From sequence record DRR723986_5772: DNA of 30,007 bases; one strand, written 5' to 3'. The position numbers were made by a program, and so were the translations under genes. The notes under the pieces were generated by a model. It made no database searches. It was not told the DNA's origin and saw only the letters and a list, made by a program, of their open reading frames with translations. Shown in pieces: positions 27,676 through 30,007 of the stretch. Each line of letters begins with the position of its first letter. Position 1 is the stretch's first letter.

Positions 27676-28077
27676 GAAAAATTGTTTGGGAGTGAGAACA
27701 GGAATTTGATTCGCTGTTTTGAAGTCTTTAAGGTCACGAGTAATTAGGAAATCCATTTTATTTTCAATGGCAGTAAAGTATTGAAGAGCATCTTCTTTGT
27801 CTTTGAAATCTGAATTCATAGCACGCAAAAATGCTTGCTCTCCCCCAGAGATTACCTTGCAAAAGCCATTAAACTGAAGCAGTTTTTCTTTAGCATCAAC
27901 TAGTTTATAGCGGTCAAAAGACATATAAATAAGTAGGCCTAAAGACACTTCAGAAATGAACAGCTGAGCTTCACCATCTGCCACTAAGGTAAGAAATGGC
28001 AAAGAGTCTTCCACAAACGGCTCCCGATTTGCAACTAAGTCCAGCGCAACATTAGAATCCAAAAATATCCTATACAT
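27667..28077 (-). CDS. PIN-domain (VapC-like) toxin
   Basis: IFLDSNVALD, FKDKEDALQYFTA and LITRDLKDF carry the acidic PIN residues; overlaps the antitoxin stop. Confidence 0.9.
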   Translation of the reverse strand: MYRIFLDSNVALDLVANREPFVEDSLPFLTLVADGEAQLFISEVSLGLLIYMSFDRYKLVDAKEKLLQFNGFCKVISGGEQAFLRAMNSDFKDKEDALQYFTAIENKMDFLITRDLKDFKTANQIPVLTPKQFFSS

Positions 28078-28327
28078 ACTTTTTATCGCGGTGTTCTCGC
28101 ATTAATTCTTTATCTGACTTTTCGAGGGCTTTGATTGGAGACTCCTTTTTTAATCTCTCTAAAAATCGTGCAGCTGCTAGCTGCTCCTGAGTTTTTTCAA
28201 CTTTAGGTGTTTCTTTTTCAAAAATCTCTTCAAACATCCTAGAAAGCGAAATTCCTCTCTTAGCCGCTTGCATCTTGGCTTTCTCTACAATTTCCTTTTT
28301 TACAGTGAGTGTGAGTTTGGTTTTCAT
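28070..28327 (-). CDS. Ribbon-helix-helix antitoxin (DUF6364-like)
   Basis: MKTKLTLTVKKEIVEKAKMQAAKRGISLSRMFE shows an RHH pattern; lies upstream of and overlaps the PIN gene. ATG 28327 preferred. Confidence 0.85.
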   Translation of the reverse strand: MKTKLTLTVKKEIVEKAKMQAAKRGISLSRMFEEIFEKETPKVEKTQEQLAAARFLERLKKESPIKALEKSDKELMREHRDKKYV

Positions 28328-28412
28328 AAGTGACACGTGTTTGATTTAAATATACGTGTATTTTGGGGAAAGATGTTCCATTTATGAATTTAAAGGGGAA
28401 ACTTTAGTCTTG

Positions 28413-28420
28413 TATCTTTG
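28413..28420 (+). promoter_or_regulatory. -7 promoter box TATCTTTG in front of the queG fragment
   Basis: Exact TAnnTTTG match, 4 nt before ATG 28425. Confidence 0.7.
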
Positions 28421-28424
28421 CCTC

Positions 28425-28532
28425 ATGACTCCCGCCTCAAAACACTCTTTCATCATCAAATCCACCGCCAAGCGGCTGGGCTTTGACTTTTGTGGGATAG
28501 CGAAAGCGGGATTTCTAAAGGAGGCACCTAAG
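28425..28532 (+). pseudogene. queG: 5' fragment (~36 codons) of epoxyqueuosine reductase
   Basis: MTPASKHSFIIKSTAKRLGFDFCGIAKAGFLKEAPK resembles, from recall, the Bacteroidota QueG N-terminus (IKxxAxxLGFxxCGIxKAxFLEEEAPRL). Similarity stops abruptly and the frame closes at 28625, antisense to the next gene. Confidence 0.75.
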
Positions 28533-29139
28533 AAATCAATAAAGGAAATGATAAAATCAATTCCCATTTTTGACCTGTTTTCTCATAGACAAGTAAGCTT
28601 GAAGAACTTTCTGAAGAGTGATTAGAATAATATATGAAGGCAAATTTACCCTTTTGCAAAAATATAGGCTTTGATAAACGGATATATGCATTTGCATTCA
28701 AATTCTCAAATTGTTGAGAAGCAACAGTTTGATTCTTTAAAGACAGAGTGTAAGCAGCAAAGAGCGAATCTAAATAGTTCTGTTCTACAAGTTTAACCGA
28801 TTGAGGAACCATTTTTTTAGAAAAGATAAAATCCTCTTCCGACTCTACACATATCTTTTTTAAATCTTCTTCACTAAGAATACTCTGTAAAGATTTTCCC
28901 TCTATTTTAATTATACTCCTTAGCCTTGAAAATGACTCAAGATTACACGGTTTTAAGAGGGGATTTTGAACCCACTCCGCATCCGCTTTCATAGATACTT
29001 TCACAGTATCGCTTATGGAAATTTTTCTCGCAAGTACTGTAGTGATTAACTCCTTAATTTCTAGATCTTCATTTTTTACAGAAGAGCATCCAACTAAAGA
29101 AAAAACAATACACAGTATAATGGATCGAAGGCTAATCAC
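28528..29139 (-). CDS. Hypothetical lipoprotein, possible partner or immunity protein of the upstream HExxH protein
   Basis: GTG at 29139 overlaps the upstream stop and gives MISLRSIILCIVFSLVGC with a lipobox (LVGC). AT-rich. Confidence 0.7.
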   Translation of the reverse strand: MISLRSIILCIVFSLVGCSSVKNEDLEIKELITTVLARKISISDTVKVSMKADAEWVQNPLLKPCNLESFSRLRSIIKIEGKSLQSILSEEDLKKICVESEEDFIFSKKMVPQSVKLVEQNYLDSLFAAYTLSLKNQTVASQQFENLNANAYIRLSKPIFLQKGKFAFIYYSNHSSESSSSLLVYEKTGQKWELILSFPLLIS

Positions 29140-30007
29140 AAAGTAACGTTCCAATTGGTGCAATATTTCCAACATTGGTATTATTAAGTTCAGCATTGTA
29201 TCTGTTATTAATTCGTTGTTGTTCCGACAATGTTAATGTATTTTTAAAAACATCTGTATCGTGGAGACCACCCCACGCCATATCTTTAAAATATTGATCC
29301 CCAATAACTCCAACGTTATACCCTACGCTCGAGGCGTAATTTTTTAACTCAACAGCTATATCATTCAAAAATTTAGTTTCTACAAATAAATTATGATGGA
29401 CAGGATTTAAATCTTCTCCACCATAAATAGCTATATAATCATTTAGCAAACAATTTAAATCACAATCATTAGGATATTCTAATTCATATACTAAATATGC
29501 ATGAAGTACCTCATGCATGGTAGATCGTGCCATAGAAAGATCGGTAGCATTTGATATTACAGATTGATTATAGCTTACTATTGCATAGTTATTTGTAATT
29601 TGTGGGCTTGTACATGCAGTTGCTGTTCCACAGTTTCCATATTGAAATTTTAAATTATATGGAACAGATGTAGTTGCTTCATCATTAAACATGTTTAATA
29701 TTTTCTTAATTTCAGTATTTGTTCCGCCTATTAGATCTCTTATCAAATCTTGATGACATTCTGAAATATCTTTCATATCAATCTGAATTACCTTGTAATT
29801 ATTTCCCCCAATAATACCATCAGGACCGCAAATTTCAATTTCCACTCTTTCTACTTCACGCCATTCGCTACAATTCACTAATGTACTTGCAATTATATAA
29901 CAATCCTTTTCATAATAAATGATCGTTGCAGGTTCACACTGTACAGGCATATAGGCGTTAGGATCGGAAGCTGTAGCTCTTTTATATACAAAGTCTCCAG
30001 GCTGTAG
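29132..30007 (-). CDS. C-terminal part of a protein with a zincin-like HExxH domain; 5' end outside window
   Basis: The frame stays open upstream of ATG 29950 to the window edge (LQPGDFVYKRATASDPNAYM...). Cys-rich linker, then ARSTMHEVLHAYL, HHNLF and MAWGGL. Confidence 0.75.
   Translation of the reverse strand, partial: LQPGDFVYKRATASDPNAYMPVQCEPATIIYYEKDCYIIASTLVNCSEWREVERVEIEICGPDGIIGGNNYKVIQIDMKDISECHQDLIRDLIGGTNTEIKKILNMFNDEATTSVPYNLKFQYGNCGTATACTSPQITNNYAIVSYNQSVISNATDLSMARSTMHEVLHAYLVYELEYPNDCDLNCLLNDYIAIYGGEDLNPVHHNLFVETKFLNDIAVELKNYASSVGYNVGVIGDQYFKDMAWGGLHDTDVFKNTLTLSEQQRINNRYNAELNNTNVGNIAPIGTLLCD

Noticed and set aside
28356-28625. 89-aa ORF as an intact gene
   Set aside because: It is chimeric: promoter sequence, then the queG stub, then antisense of the lipoprotein gene. 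Reported as a pseudogene fragment instead.
29140-29196. Upstream ATG starts for the lipoprotein ORF
   Set aside because: They would overlap the HExxH gene more deeply and lengthen the signal peptide abnormally; GTG 29139 fits better.
1-30007. CRISPR array, tRNA/rRNA genes, transposase, integrase or reverse transcriptase
   Set aside because: No repeat-spacer array, structural RNA gene signature or mobile-element enzyme motif was seen.

Overview
Bacteroidota chromosomal window (Cyclobacteriaceae/Algoriphagus-like, inferred from gene content and TAnnTTTG promoters). The left end holds a partial rfbC, hflX, an orphan PAS histidine kinase and a cytochrome c/sugar-dehydrogenase fusion lipoprotein. 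The centre (about 4.95-19.76 kb) is an alginate-type polysaccharide utilization locus (PUL): GntR/FadR repressor, SusC, SusD, a heparinase II/III-type lyase, PL6 and PL17 lyases, KdgF, an MFS uronate transporter and an SDR reductase; no kdgK/kdgA is present. The right part has an M1 aminopeptidase, an RsmF-like methyltransferase, a DUF1304-like protein, an AAA+/VWA pair and a PIN toxin-antitoxin module. It ends with a promoter-bearing 5' fragment of queG fused to an AT-rich cassette (HExxH protein plus lipoprotein) that runs off the window. The best non-coding observations are a tandem palindromic operator over the gntR promoter, a candidate ~100-nt antisense RNA between gntR and susC, a ~99-bp nested inverted repeat, and heptamer-phased repeats. 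All calls come from motif recognition; no database searches were run.
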